Shown: positions 11,095 through 21,198 of the stretch, one piece after another
How the letters are laid out: each line of letters starts with the position of its first letter
Position numbering within the stretch: position 1 is the first letter of the stretch
Source: an uncultured Verrucomicrobiae bacterium
GTDB taxonomy: Bacteria; Verrucomicrobiota; Verrucomicrobiia; Limisphaerales; Palsa-1400
Length of the DNA: 64,000 nucleotides
Reading direction: 5' to 3'
NCBI GenBank assembly: GCA_963702845.1
Contig: OY969763.1
Location: 3,040,001 to 3,104,000, forward strand
Made by a program: the position numbers and the translations under genes
Notes under the pieces: model-generated
The model's database searches: none
What the model was told of the DNA's origin: nothing
The model's input: the letters and a program-made list of their open reading frames with translations, nothing else

Positions 11095-12486
11095 CTACCT
11101 CGCTCGCGTGATCACCATTCCAGGCGGTGGCGTGGCGATAATCCTCCGCTCGGCTTGAATCGGAGTCAGATGATCGCGATTCATTTCATTGACGATCAGC
11201 CCAGTGATATATGCGGTGGAAACAGAAGTCCCCTGCATCATCCACGTCTGGCCATTCAACGAAATATAAGAAGTGCCCGGCGCAATCACATCAATGAACG
11301 AACCTCTGTTCGCGTACGAATCGATTTGTCCGGATGCATTCCCAGCCGTAATCGCCAGCACCTCTGGCCATGCTGCGGGAAACGTATCCGCACTTGTCGG
11401 CTGATTGCCGGCCGCAGCGACGAACACCACGCCTTTGGCATACGCGTCCTTGATTACCTGGTGAAGCAACTCGCTTTCCCCTGCGCCACCGAGGCTCAGG
11501 TTAATCGGATTTGCGCCCGCATTGACCGCCGCGATGATTCCTTGCGTCACATCAAAAGTTGTCGTCGTCTCGCCCGAGCCGTAGACGTCAAAATTCATCA
11601 CCTTGCTTGGATGGTCGCCCATTGTTTGCAACATCGTTTCGAACATCCCAGTGCCGTGCAGCGGGGTGTCGCCCCCGGTTATCGTCACTCCCGTTCCCGT
11701 AATATTCACGCCAGGCAATAAAAACGCGCCAAGATTTCCCTGCTCCTGAACTGCCGTATCGATCAGGCCTACGAATTGTTTACCTTCCGGCATCACCTTC
11801 GGATCCAGCGAATAGCCGCTGGCCGTAGCCGTCGGCGTCATTTGATTCGGGTTCGGCCTCTCAATCGCGTAGTTCGATTCAATTGCGCCGACGTCATCAT
11901 TACCCGCCAACATCTGCCGTGCCGCGTTCGCGGCGGCTTCATCGTCGAACCCCAGCCGATACAATTTCAACCGATCATCGCGCCCCAAAATTTTCGCGTG
12001 CAACTTCGCCGCCAACTGCTCAATCGACATTTTCGAATCTCGCTTGAGCTGAACGATCAGCTCATTGGGAATGCGCACAATTTTCTTTGCCTGCGTCGGT
12101 TTGGTCGACTGAATTAACTGCGTCGCCGAACGTGCATCGGTGCGGTAGACAAACAATTGCGAAGTCCCGTTGGTGTCTTTCCGGGCGTAATTGATGTTCC
12201 CTAACAAGCGGCGCAGAGCCTCGTCCGATGTAAGATTTTTGAATTTCGCCGATATCGTCGCCTTCGTGCCTGGCTCGACATAGACCTGCCAACCGGTCAC
12301 GTTCGCGATTTTTTCCAGGACATCACCGAGCTTCCAATCATCGATCGACGCATCCACCCGGTCCTGCGACTTCTTCCAGTCGAGCGAATCCGCACGCACT
12401 GCCGTCGCCCCGACCACTAACGCACATATCGCGCACGCAACGCATGCGTTTCGAATGAGGCGATTAATAAGTGCGGATAAAATCAT
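11095..12486 (-). CDS. Secreted S8 subtilase with N-terminal STN/secretin-N0-like domain
   Basis: Signal peptide ending AVRA; GLIDT, HGTGM, INLSLG, AAAGN and QGTSVS catalytic motifs; N-terminal LGDVLEKIANVTGWQVYVEP...EALRRLL segment. Start chosen at MILSA and uncertain. Confidence 0.8.
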   Translation of the reverse strand: MILSALINRLIRNACVACAICALVVGATAVRADSLDWKKSQDRVDASIDDWKLGDVLEKIANVTGWQVYVEPGTKATISAKFKNLTSDEALRRLLGNINYARKDTNGTSQLFVYRTDARSATQLIQSTKPTQAKKIVRIPNELIVQLKRDSKMSIEQLAAKLHAKILGRDDRLKLYRLGFDDEAAANAARQMLAGNDDVGAIESNYAIERPNPNQMTPTATASGYSLDPKVMPEGKQFVGLIDTAVQEQGNLGAFLLPGVNITGTGVTITGGDTPLHGTGMFETMLQTMGDHPSKVMNFDVYGSGETTTTFDVTQGIIAAVNAGANPINLSLGGAGESELLHQVIKDAYAKGVVFVAAAGNQPTSADTFPAAWPEVLAITAGNASGQIDSYANRGSFIDVIAPGTSYISLNGQTWMMQGTSVSTAYITGLIVNEMNRDHLTPIQAERRIIATPPPGMVITRAR

Positions 12487-12539
12487 GTGCACGTTCCTAC
12501 AGGTCATGAGCATACCGGTTCTTGCTATTGACTGCAATG

Positions 12540-14084
12540 CTATCGGCGCAGCCGGTAATAACTCATCCCGCTTGGAGAATTGACGGTCACACGATAGGAA
12601 TTGTTCGATATTACCGGCGCATTTGTCACCGTCTTCCAGATAGTCGGCGGCGAAAGGCTGGACGTCGACTCCAACGTAAATCCATTCGGGTAAAGCGGCC
12701 AAGCAATGAGGACGCTGCCGGATTGATAGCTGACATTCAGTGGAATGACAAAACTCTCATAGGCTAGCGCATACGTCTCTGTCGGCGTGATGCTTTTGGC
12801 CCCGCTATTTTTCAATACCTGCAAATCATACCGGCTCGGCGGCAGCGCCGGCATATATACATGCTCCACGTTATCAACTCGGCTCGTGCTCATCGCAACT
12901 TGCGCCCCGTCTGAAACACGATACAAAAACAAATCCAAATCATTGATCGACGTGGTGCTCAACGCTCGATCCCACACCAGCGTCGCTGTCAGTGTATAAT
13001 TCCCATTTGTCGCGGGTAGATTGAAATAATAATGCGCGATCGAATCCTGTGCGGTCGTCGTAATACTTCCGAAGTCCCACCCAACCACAGTCGGCTCGTT
13101 GGCCGAATTTGCTCCGGGCGGATGCGCAGCGCCAGTGGCAATGCTCGTTGTTTCGATGGCATGATGCGCCCCAGCGGTCAGCTGCTTATACGAATTGAAA
13201 ATGTTTAAAATCCCCGCCCCCGTTCCATGGGTCGCATCCACCGGCATCGAAGCCGTGTGTGTCCAGTTGCTCGGTTTGACTGCGCCGTTCATCAACAGCG
13301 CTTTGATCGTGCGGACATCGGATGATCCAGTCCCGTTTCCTGCATCACCTCGCGCCGCCGCCTGCAACAAAATGGCCGCCGCCCCACTCACATACGGCGC
13401 CGAGAAACTCGTCTCCTCTCCCGGCGCGCACAAATCCGGCTTTGCGCGCCCATCCGGCGTCCCGCCAATACTGCTCGTAGCGTCACTCACCCCCACGCCA
13501 ATATTGTTGTAAGCGGCGGCCGGCGGGTAAACGGTCGTTCCGTTACCAGCGGCTGAACAAAAAATTGTCCCATAACGCGCCACATAGTTATCATAAGTCG
13601 AATCAACCACGGCGTCCGGAGGATCTCCGGTGAACAGAAAACTTTGGTTCACAACCTTACCGGATGTCGCCAGCGACGCCACCACTACGTCTTCATAAAA
13701 AGTATCCGCAAGATAATTGTCAACGTGCAGCACGCCCGGCGAAGGCCCGTAATATATGTGATAAAAATGCGTCGCGACTCCATCGGCGTGTCCCGACTCC
13801 GTTCCAACCGCATTCGGGAATGTCGTCGCTGAACCGCTCCCGCTGATCCAAGTGAAAAGATTTGTGGGCTGACCTGTCGCAGCGGGGTTCGCTTCGAATT
13901 GACTCGTGCCCAATTCCGACGCCTCCGCTTGCGTCACATAAATTCCTGTCCCGATCAAAGAAGGATCGACCGCGCGCAATGGCGTGACGCCGATCGTATC
14001 AAAATCAGAACCTAAAAGGTGGAAATTAAGGAAAAGGAGGACGCCGAAAACCAAAGCAATCCGGTATTGAGCAATAGCGATCAT
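12540..14084 (-). CDS. Secreted S8 serine peptidase with C-terminal beta-rich domain
   Basis: Signal peptide; HADGVA, SAAGNG, KPDLCAPG, TSFSAPYVSGAAA, IKALLMNGA; C-terminus ...GMSYYRLRR. Confidence 0.85.
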   Translation of the reverse strand: MIAIAQYRIALVFGVLLFLNFHLLGSDFDTIGVTPLRAVDPSLIGTGIYVTQAEASELGTSQFEANPAATGQPTNLFTWISGSGSATTFPNAVGTESGHADGVATHFYHIYYGPSPGVLHVDNYLADTFYEDVVVASLATSGKVVNQSFLFTGDPPDAVVDSTYDNYVARYGTIFCSAAGNGTTVYPPAAAYNNIGVGVSDATSSIGGTPDGRAKPDLCAPGEETSFSAPYVSGAAAILLQAAARGDAGNGTGSSDVRTIKALLMNGAVKPSNWTHTASMPVDATHGTGAGILNIFNSYKQLTAGAHHAIETTSIATGAAHPPGANSANEPTVVGWDFGSITTTAQDSIAHYYFNLPATNGNYTLTATLVWDRALSTTSINDLDLFLYRVSDGAQVAMSTSRVDNVEHVYMPALPPSRYDLQVLKNSGAKSITPTETYALAYESFVIPLNVSYQSGSVLIAWPLYPNGFTLESTSSLSPPTIWKTVTNAPVISNNSYRVTVNSPSGMSYYRLRR

Positions 14085-14180
14085 CCTGCCTTCGCAGGAG
14101 TGTGCCAGAAACAACTCTTCCGTTCAACCTGAACGAAGCATCACTTGCGCATTTCAACCTCCGTTACCGCGACTACAATA

Positions 14181-15745
14181 TCACCGACGCAACCGGTAAT
14201 AGTTCATGCCACCGGAGGAATTAATCCAAACCGGTATAAACTGTTTGAAATAGTTACCCCACTGGACACCTGCGTCCACGTAATCGGCAAGGAAAGACTT
14301 GACGTCGATTCCAGCGCAAAGCCATTGGGATAAATCGGCCACGTGATCAGAATATTTCCGCCCTGTTTAGTCATACTCAGTGGGAGGGCAAAACTTTCGT
14401 AAGCCAACGCGTACGTCTCCGTCGCCGTGATGCTCCGCGTTCCGCTGTTCTTCAACACCTGCAAATCATAGCGTCCGGCCGGCAGCGAACGCATATAGAT
14501 ATGCTCAATGTTATCGACCCGGCTCATACTCATCGAAATCTGCGCGCCGTCCGATGTCCGGTACAAAAATAAATCCAAATCGTTAATCGACGTCGCGTTC
14601 AAGCCGCGATTCCAAGCCAATGTCGCCGTCAACGTATAATTCCCAGTCATCGCCGGCAGATTAAAATAATAATGCACAATCGAATCCTGGCTCGTCGTTG
14701 TAATCGTTCCAAAATCCCATCCATACAACACTGGCTCGTTGCCCTGATTCGATCCCGGCGGATGGGTTGCGCCAGTCGCTACACTCGTCGTTTCAATCGC
14801 TCGATGTTGCCCGTTGTTCATTTGCCTGTATGAATTGAATACATTCAAAACACCTGCTCCCGTCCCGTGCGTCGCATCCACCGGCATCGACGCCGTGTGC
14901 GTCCAATTAGTTGGCTTAACCGCCCCGTTCATCAACAGCGCCTTGATCGTCCGAACATCAGACGCCGCCGAAATATTCGTGCCCGCGTCACCTCTCGCCG
15001 CCGCCTGGAATAAAATCACCGCCGCCCCAGTCACATAAGCCGTAGAATAGCTCGTCGCCAAACCCGGCGCGGACAAATCCGGTTTAGCGCGTCCGTCCGG
15101 CGTGCCGCCGACGCTGCTCTCCGCGTCACTGACGCCGACTCCAATGGTGTTGTACGCCGCCGCCGGCTCCCGCACCGCTTGGCCCGTGCCCGTCGCCGAA
15201 CAGAAAATCTTTCCATAGCGCGCAACATAATTGTCGTACGCAGCCCCAACAACGCTGTCAGGCGGAGTGCCGTAGGTGGCGAAACTTTGATTCACCACCG
15301 TGCCGGGCGTCGCAACACCTGTCACAACAATGTTCGAGTAGTAAGCCCACGCCAAATAGTTATCAACGTGCGACACTGCGGGCACCACCCCTTCGTTAAC
15401 CGAATACAAACGCGTTGCGACTCCAACGGCATGCGCCGATTTGGTGCCCAGCGAATTTGGAACCGTCGTCGCCGTCGCGTTGTTGTTGCCGATCCACGTA
15501 AACAAATTCGTCGGCTGACCAACCGCACTTGGATCGACTTCAAACTCCGTGTCGCCCAACTCAGACCCTTCAGGGTGATTCAAATAAACACCCGAACCAT
15601 TCAGTGTTGAATCAACCGCACGAAGAGCAGTCACACCGATGATGTCCTGGTTCGAAGCTCCTGAAGCAGTAATCGTGAGAAATAGAAAAAGACCGACGCA
15701 GAGCAATGCACCTTTCCTCTTTGCATTAACTTTCGCGCGTATCAT
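14181..15745 (-). CDS. Secreted S8 serine peptidase, tandem paralog of the neighbouring gene; frameshift near 14225
   Basis: Long near-identical stretches with the adjacent gene (e.g. DVRTIKALLMNGAVKP.NWTHTASMPVDATHGTGAG). An alternative frame gives NSSGGMNYYRLRR-stop at 14181, matching the paralog C-terminus. Confidence 0.85.
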
Positions 15746-15833
15746 TGGATTCCACTGTCCCGGAATACCAGCCTCCCGCAACCTTATCGCGACGTCAGAA
15801 AGAATATGTTCAATTGCTCGGATACGTGCTTAA

Positions 15834-16856
15834 ATGACGCCGCCGATGAAGTGCTTCGATACGAAATACAACGCCATCCCTAAAACGGAAATACACTGTC
15901 ACTTAGAAGGTGCGATTCGCACCTCCACCATTATCGACGTTGCCAAACAATACGGGCTGAAACTTCCGTCACACGATGTCACCGGTTTAGATCCGCACGT
16001 AAAAGTCCTGGAACAAATGAAGGACCTCGAAGCCGTCCTTCGCGCGTTTCGCATTGCGCAAAACAGCATCACCAGCGTGGACGTGGTGGAGCGGATTGCA
16101 TGGGAAGTGTTCGAGGATGCCGCCAAACAAAATATCAAACTTTTCGAAGTGCGTTTCTCGCCTGACTTCGCCTTCAGCGGTCACAAAATCGATTGGGACG
16201 CTGGCCTCAAAGCAATCCTCCGCGCCAAACGACGCGCCCAGGAAAAATTCGGCATGGCTATCGGGCTGATTGCCATTTCATCGCGCAGCATGGGAATGGC
16301 CTCGTGCGAAAAAACCGTCGATTGGGCTATCCAGCACAAAAACGAAATCCACGCCTTTGACCTCGCCGATGGCGAAGCAACCCATCCCATCCAAAAGTTC
16401 ATCGGCCCCGTGCTCCGCGCCAAGAATGCCGGGCTCAAAATCACAATTCATTCCGGAGAAGATACCAATGGCCAGGCAGTCATCGACACCATCTGCGCTG
16501 TCGAACCAGACCGCATCGGCCATGGTGTGCGCATTATCCACGACCAAAAAGCAATCGACCTCGTTAAGGCGCGCGGCGTCACACTGGAACTGAATCCCTG
16601 GAGCAATTATCTCACGAACGCCGTTAGCCGTATCGAAGAACATCCCTTCAAACGCCTCTTCGACATGGGAGTGAAGGTCACGATCAGCTCCGATGATCCA
16701 GAAGTTTTGGAAACGAATCTCAATAACGAATACCGCATCGCGCACGAAATCCTCGGAATGAGCCTCGACGAAATCAAGCAATGCAATCGCAACGCTGTCG
16801 CTGCCTCCTTCATTCCGAAAAACCAACTTCAAACAGTCGCCGCGATATTCAACTGA
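15834..16856 (+). CDS. add: Adenosine deaminase
   Basis: PKTEIHCHLEGAI, HSGE, RIGHG and ISSDDP metal-binding motifs. Confidence 0.9.
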   Translation: MTPPMKCFDTKYNAIPKTEIHCHLEGAIRTSTIIDVAKQYGLKLPSHDVTGLDPHVKVLEQMKDLEAVLRAFRIAQNSITSVDVVERIAWEVFEDAAKQNIKLFEVRFSPDFAFSGHKIDWDAGLKAILRAKRRAQEKFGMAIGLIAISSRSMGMASCEKTVDWAIQHKNEIHAFDLADGEATHPIQKFIGPVLRAKNAGLKITIHSGEDTNGQAVIDTICAVEPDRIGHGVRIIHDQKAIDLVKARGVTLELNPWSNYLTNAVSRIEEHPFKRLFDMGVKVTISSDDPEVLETNLNNEYRIAHEILGMSLDEIKQCNRNAVAASFIPKNQLQTVAAIFN

Positions 16857-16936
16857 CAGAGCAGCTTTACGACATCGGAAGGCTTGTCCCTTCATCGCAT
16901 TCGACATTTAAACCAACTTGTCGGTACATTGCCTCC

Positions 16937-17617
16937 ATGACCAGCCCATCCGTTCCATTCACAAAGGAAGATCCATGGCGCATTTTCCGCATCATGGCTG
17001 AATTTGTGGATTCGTTCGAAGTTCTTTCGCAGGTCGGAACCGCCGTAACGATATTTGGCTCAGCCCGCCTTCCTCCATCCAATCCCTATTATCAACACTC
17101 GGTGACAATCGGGCGCGAACTCGCCAAACACAAACTCGCCGTCATCACCGGCGGCGGGCCGGGCATCATGGAAGCCGCCAATCGCGGCGCAACCGAAGGC
17201 GGAGGGAAGTCAGTTGGGCTGAATATCGAACTGCCATTCGAGCAGCAGGGAAATCGCTACGCCAATGTCCCGTTGCACTTTCACTATTTCTTCTCGCGTA
17301 AAGTCTGTTTTGTGAAATACAGCGTCGCATTTGTCTTCATGCCGGGCGGGTTCGGAACCATGGACGAATTATTTGAAGTGCTCACCCTGGTTCAAACGAC
17401 GCGCATCCCGCGATTCCCGCTGATTCTTTTCGGGTCCGAATATTGGAGCGGGTTGCTCCAGTGGCTAAAAACTACCACGGAACGAAACGCCATGATTTCT
17501 CCCGGTGACTTAGACTTACTGCACATCACCGACAGCACCGACGAGGTCGTTTCCATTATTAGCGAATACATGCACAAAGTCGGCCCACCGGAGCAAGTCC
17601 CGAAGACCCTCGCGTAA
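16937..17617 (+). CDS. LOG family nucleotide phosphoribohydrolase (TIGR00730-like)
   Basis: FGSAR, TGGGPGIMEAANRGA and PGGFGTMDE motifs; ATG at 16937. Confidence 0.9.
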   Translation: MTSPSVPFTKEDPWRIFRIMAEFVDSFEVLSQVGTAVTIFGSARLPPSNPYYQHSVTIGRELAKHKLAVITGGGPGIMEAANRGATEGGGKSVGLNIELPFEQQGNRYANVPLHFHYFFSRKVCFVKYSVAFVFMPGGFGTMDELFEVLTLVQTTRIPRFPLILFGSEYWSGLLQWLKTTTERNAMISPGDLDLLHITDSTDEVVSIISEYMHKVGPPEQVPKTLA

Positions 17618-17655
17618 GCATTGCGACCGCCATACTTTCAGGCAAGTTCAAGTAG

Positions 17656-18918
17656 ATGTATAAAGTCACTCGGCTGGAAAACGGACTGACAATTGCCACT
17701 GCGGAAATGCCGCACATGGCCAGTGTCAGCCTTGGAATTTGGGTCGGCATCGGCAGTCGCTACGAACCCGAGCGGATCAGCGGTATTTCCCATTTCATTG
17801 AGCACCTTTTGTTCAAAGGCACGAACAAACGTTCCGCAAAACAAATCTCGCAGGACGTCGAAGGTATCGGCGGTTATCTAAACGCTTTCACCAGCGAAGA
17901 AAACACCTGCTTCTATTCCAAAGCCCGTCACGACTGCTTCGATGAATTGCTCGACGTTCTCACAGACATGCTGTTGAACTCGACGTTTGTCGCGGCCGAA
18001 ATCGGCAAAGAACGTGACGTGATTAAAGAAGAGTTGGCCATGTACATGGATCAACCGCAGCAATACGTTCATGAATTGCTCAATGCTACAATGTGGCCTG
18101 ACCAACCACTTGGGCGCTCCATCACCGGCACCGAAAAGAATCTCGATTATATCCATCGCAAACACCTCGTTGATTTTCAACGCACCAATTACATTGCGCC
18201 GGCCAGCCTCATCACCGCTGCCGGACGTTTAAGCCACAGCCAGGTCGTCAAAGCCGTGAAGCGCTACGCAAGATCGTGGCCTAACGGCAAACGCGCCCAG
18301 TTCACCCCAGCCATCGAAAATCAGACCAAACCGAACATTCGGCTCTTCAGTAAGAAAACGGAACAAACCCAACTCGCTCTCGGCATACGCACGTGCCCTC
18401 GCCACGATGAACGCCGATTCGGCCTGCGTCTGCTCAATACCATTCTCGGTGAGAACATGAGTTCGCGCCTTTTCCAAACGATTCGGGAGGACGAAGGTAT
18501 CGCCTACTCGGTTTATAGTTCGAACAGCTTTTTTGACGACACCGGCGATCTCGTCATCTCCGCGGGTTTGGACGAAGACAATCTCGAACGCACATTAAAA
18601 ATCATCATGCGCGAGATGAAAAAACTGCGCGCCCAACCCGTTTCAAAATCCGAACTCCGCCGCGCCTGCGACTACGTCATCGGTCAACTCGAACTCAGTC
18701 TTGAAAACAGCGAGAACCAGATGATGTGGGTTGGCGAACACATGCTCGGCTACGGAAAAATCTTCGAACCGGAAAAAGTCAAAGCCCGTCTCAGCAAAGT
18801 CACTGCCTCAGACGTCCGGCACGCTGCCAACGAGTTTTTCGTGCCAAACAGGCTGAATCTCGCGTTGATCAGCCCGATGAAATCTGCCAATGGTTTAGAG
18901 AGAATCTTAGCCGGGTAA
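17656..18918 (+). CDS. M16 family zinc peptidase
   Basis: Inverted zinc motif HFIEHLLFKGT, NAFTSEE, LGENMSSRLFQ. Confidence 0.93.
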   Translation: MYKVTRLENGLTIATAEMPHMASVSLGIWVGIGSRYEPERISGISHFIEHLLFKGTNKRSAKQISQDVEGIGGYLNAFTSEENTCFYSKARHDCFDELLDVLTDMLLNSTFVAAEIGKERDVIKEELAMYMDQPQQYVHELLNATMWPDQPLGRSITGTEKNLDYIHRKHLVDFQRTNYIAPASLITAAGRLSHSQVVKAVKRYARSWPNGKRAQFTPAIENQTKPNIRLFSKKTEQTQLALGIRTCPRHDERRFGLRLLNTILGENMSSRLFQTIREDEGIAYSVYSSNSFFDDTGDLVISAGLDEDNLERTLKIIMREMKKLRAQPVSKSELRRACDYVIGQLELSLENSENQMMWVGEHMLGYGKIFEPEKVKARLSKVTASDVRHAANEFFVPNRLNLALISPMKSANGLERILAG

Positions 18919-18921
18919 CAC

Positions 18922-20320
18922 GTGCGCCCAATCATCCAGGAAATCCAAACTTCGCACACGCCCGAGTCGCTCGTCGAGCAGCTTGCTGGCGAACCGGGAA
19001 TTGTTCTCCTGCGTAGCGCGATGTTCGATTCGGCGCACGCGCATTACTCTTTCGTCACCACTCGCCGTTCCTGGAATTCCGCAGTTCCGGTTCGCGTTGC
19101 GAAACCATTAACGACATTCCACATATTCAGTTCGGAAATCCTTGGCACGTGCTCGACGGTTTGATGTCGCGATACGAATTGCTCGATGAAATCGATTTGC
19201 CATTTCCGCTCGGTGGATGCTTCGGCTATTGGGGCTACGATCTTAAGAACTTCGTCGAACCTAAATTACCGCGCACTGCCGTAAACGATCTCGAGTTACC
19301 CGATTGCCATGTTGGTTTCTATGACAGCCTCGTCGTCTTCGATCACCGTCTCTCCAAAACCTGGATCATCTCAACGGGCCTACAAGCCGACGGGTCAAGA
19401 ACCGAAACACGTGCCCACGACCGTTTGCGATTGGTGGACAGGACGCTGGTATCGCAGGTTTCCAAACCTGCTGTATCGCAGGCCTCCGAGCCTGCTACCC
19501 TCTCAGTCGAAAGCAACCTCACCCGCGAAGATTTCATCACCAACGTCCGCCAAGCTCAGGACTACATTCATCACGGCCACATCTACCAGGTAAACCTTTC
19601 GCATCGCCTCGCCGCCGATTGGCCGGAGTCCGCGTGGGCCTTGTTCCAGAATCTGCACGAAGTCTCTCCTGCTCCATTCTCCGCCTATCTCAACTGTGGC
19701 AATTTCCAAATCTGCTCATCCTCACCCGAACTTTTTCTACGTCTTAGTGGCAACCATATTCAAACGCGTCCAATCAAAGGCACCCGTCCGCGTTCGACAG
19801 ATTCCGTCCGTGATGCTCAACTAACTTACGAACTTCAGACCAGCCCAAAGAAATGTCCGAACTGGTCATGATCACCGATCTACTTCGCAACGACCTCGGC
19901 AAGATTTGCGAATACGGTTCCGTGCACGTGCCTGAACTCGTCCGTCTCGAGCGTTATCCGCAGGTGCAACATCTTGTCTCAACAGTCGAAGGCCGACTGC
20001 GCAACGACCAAACGCATTTCTCCAGCTTCGCATCGTGCTTCCCCGGCGGCAGCATCACTGGCGCGCCGAAAATTCGCGCCATGGAAATCATCGACGAACT
20101 CGAACCAATCACGCGCGGTCCATACACCGGCGCCATTGGCTATCTCGGCTTCAATCGCGAAAGCCAACTCAGCATCACGATTCGCACCGCGCTCTGCAAA
20201 AACTACAAAACATACTTCCACGTCGGTGCCGGCATCGTCGCTGATTCAAATCCCGAAGCTGAATACGAAGAAACTCTAGCAAAGGCCGCGGGCTTCCGCG
20301 CCGCAATCAATATAGAGTAA
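18922..20320 (+). CDS. pabB: Aminodeoxychorismate synthase component I, frameshifted (approx. 19065 and 19850)
   Basis: GGCFGYWGYDL, IYQVNLS, SSPELFL, PIKGT, MITDLLRNDLGK, FPGGSITGAPKIRAM, spread across three frames; followed by a class IV aminotransferase. Confidence 0.85.
19449..19496 (+). repeat. Tandem pair of 24-bp palindromic REP-like units inside pabB
   Basis: GTATCGCAGGTTTCCAAACCTGCT followed by GTATCGCAGGCCTCCGAGCCTGCT; each unit has a GCAGG...CCTGC stem. Confidence 0.75.
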
Positions 20321-20360
20321 GGCGCGTCGCTCCGCGCGCGCCACTTCAAGAGTTGATCGT

Positions 20361-21198
20361 ATGATTGTTTTCCTAAACGGCAAATTTGTTCCGGAAGAAC
20401 AAGCAGTTGTCTCAATCTTCGACCGCGGTTTTCTTTATGGCGACGGTTTGTTTGAAGCCATTCGCATCCGCGCCGGCAAACCTTTCCGTTGGACCCAGCA
20501 CTTGCAACGCCTGCGACAAGGCGCAGATTTGTTGAAGTTGAAGCTGCCGTTCTCCTCAGAAGACCTTCTCAAGTTACGCGCAGGAACTCTCGGCAAAAAA
20601 CCACATGCCCGAAGCCATCCTTCGTCTCTACGTATCACGCGGGATCGGCGAACGCGGCTATTCACCCAAAGGCGCGAACAATCCATTCTTCGCCATGGCG
20701 CTTTATCCAGCGCCAACTATTGATTTAAACAATCCACCGCTTCGCAAAGTCATCGTCGCGAAAATTACCGTCCCAGCCAATCATCCGCTGACCGCAATCA
20801 AGAGCACCAACAAACTCATTCACGTTCTCGCCCGCGCTGAAGCCGATGCGTTCGGACGCCGACGAAGCTCTTCTGGTAAACACAGATGGCGACCTCGCCG
20901 AAGGCACGTCCTGCAACGTGTTCTGGATTCAAAGCAACAGCATCTTCACGCCACCAATCGAAAGCGGAGCACTGCCCGGCATCACGCGCAATCTCGTTTT
21001 GGAAATTTGCGCAGAAACTCTCAATCCCAACAAAAGAGGTCGCCAGCAAACCCGATATTCTCTTCAAAGCCGACGGCGTTTTCCTTTCCCACACCACGAT
21101 GGGAATTGTCGAAGTCGAACAAGTGGACGGAAAGCATGTCAGCCGTTCGCCGATGGTCCAACAAAATCCAAAAGGCCTATCGCGAGTGCCTCGGCTAA
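20361..21198 (+). CDS. Class IV aminotransferase / 4-amino-4-deoxychorismate lyase-like, frameshifted (approx. 20580, 20850, 21020, 21165)
   Basis: MIVFLNGKFVPEEQAVVSIFDRGFLYGDGLFE, HLQRL, IKSTN, EALLVN.DG.LAEG, LPGITR across several frames. Confidence 0.85.

Noticed and set aside
14092..14108. Sigma-54 promoter upstream of the second S8 gene (TGGCACACTCCTGC)
   Set aside because: GG-to-GC spacing is 9 rather than the required 10 nt, unless there is an indel error.
18922..21198. Programmed frameshifting or pseudogenisation of pabB and the aminotransferase
   Set aside because: Multiple breaks without consistent slippery sites, plus intact catalytic motifs, favour sequencing error.
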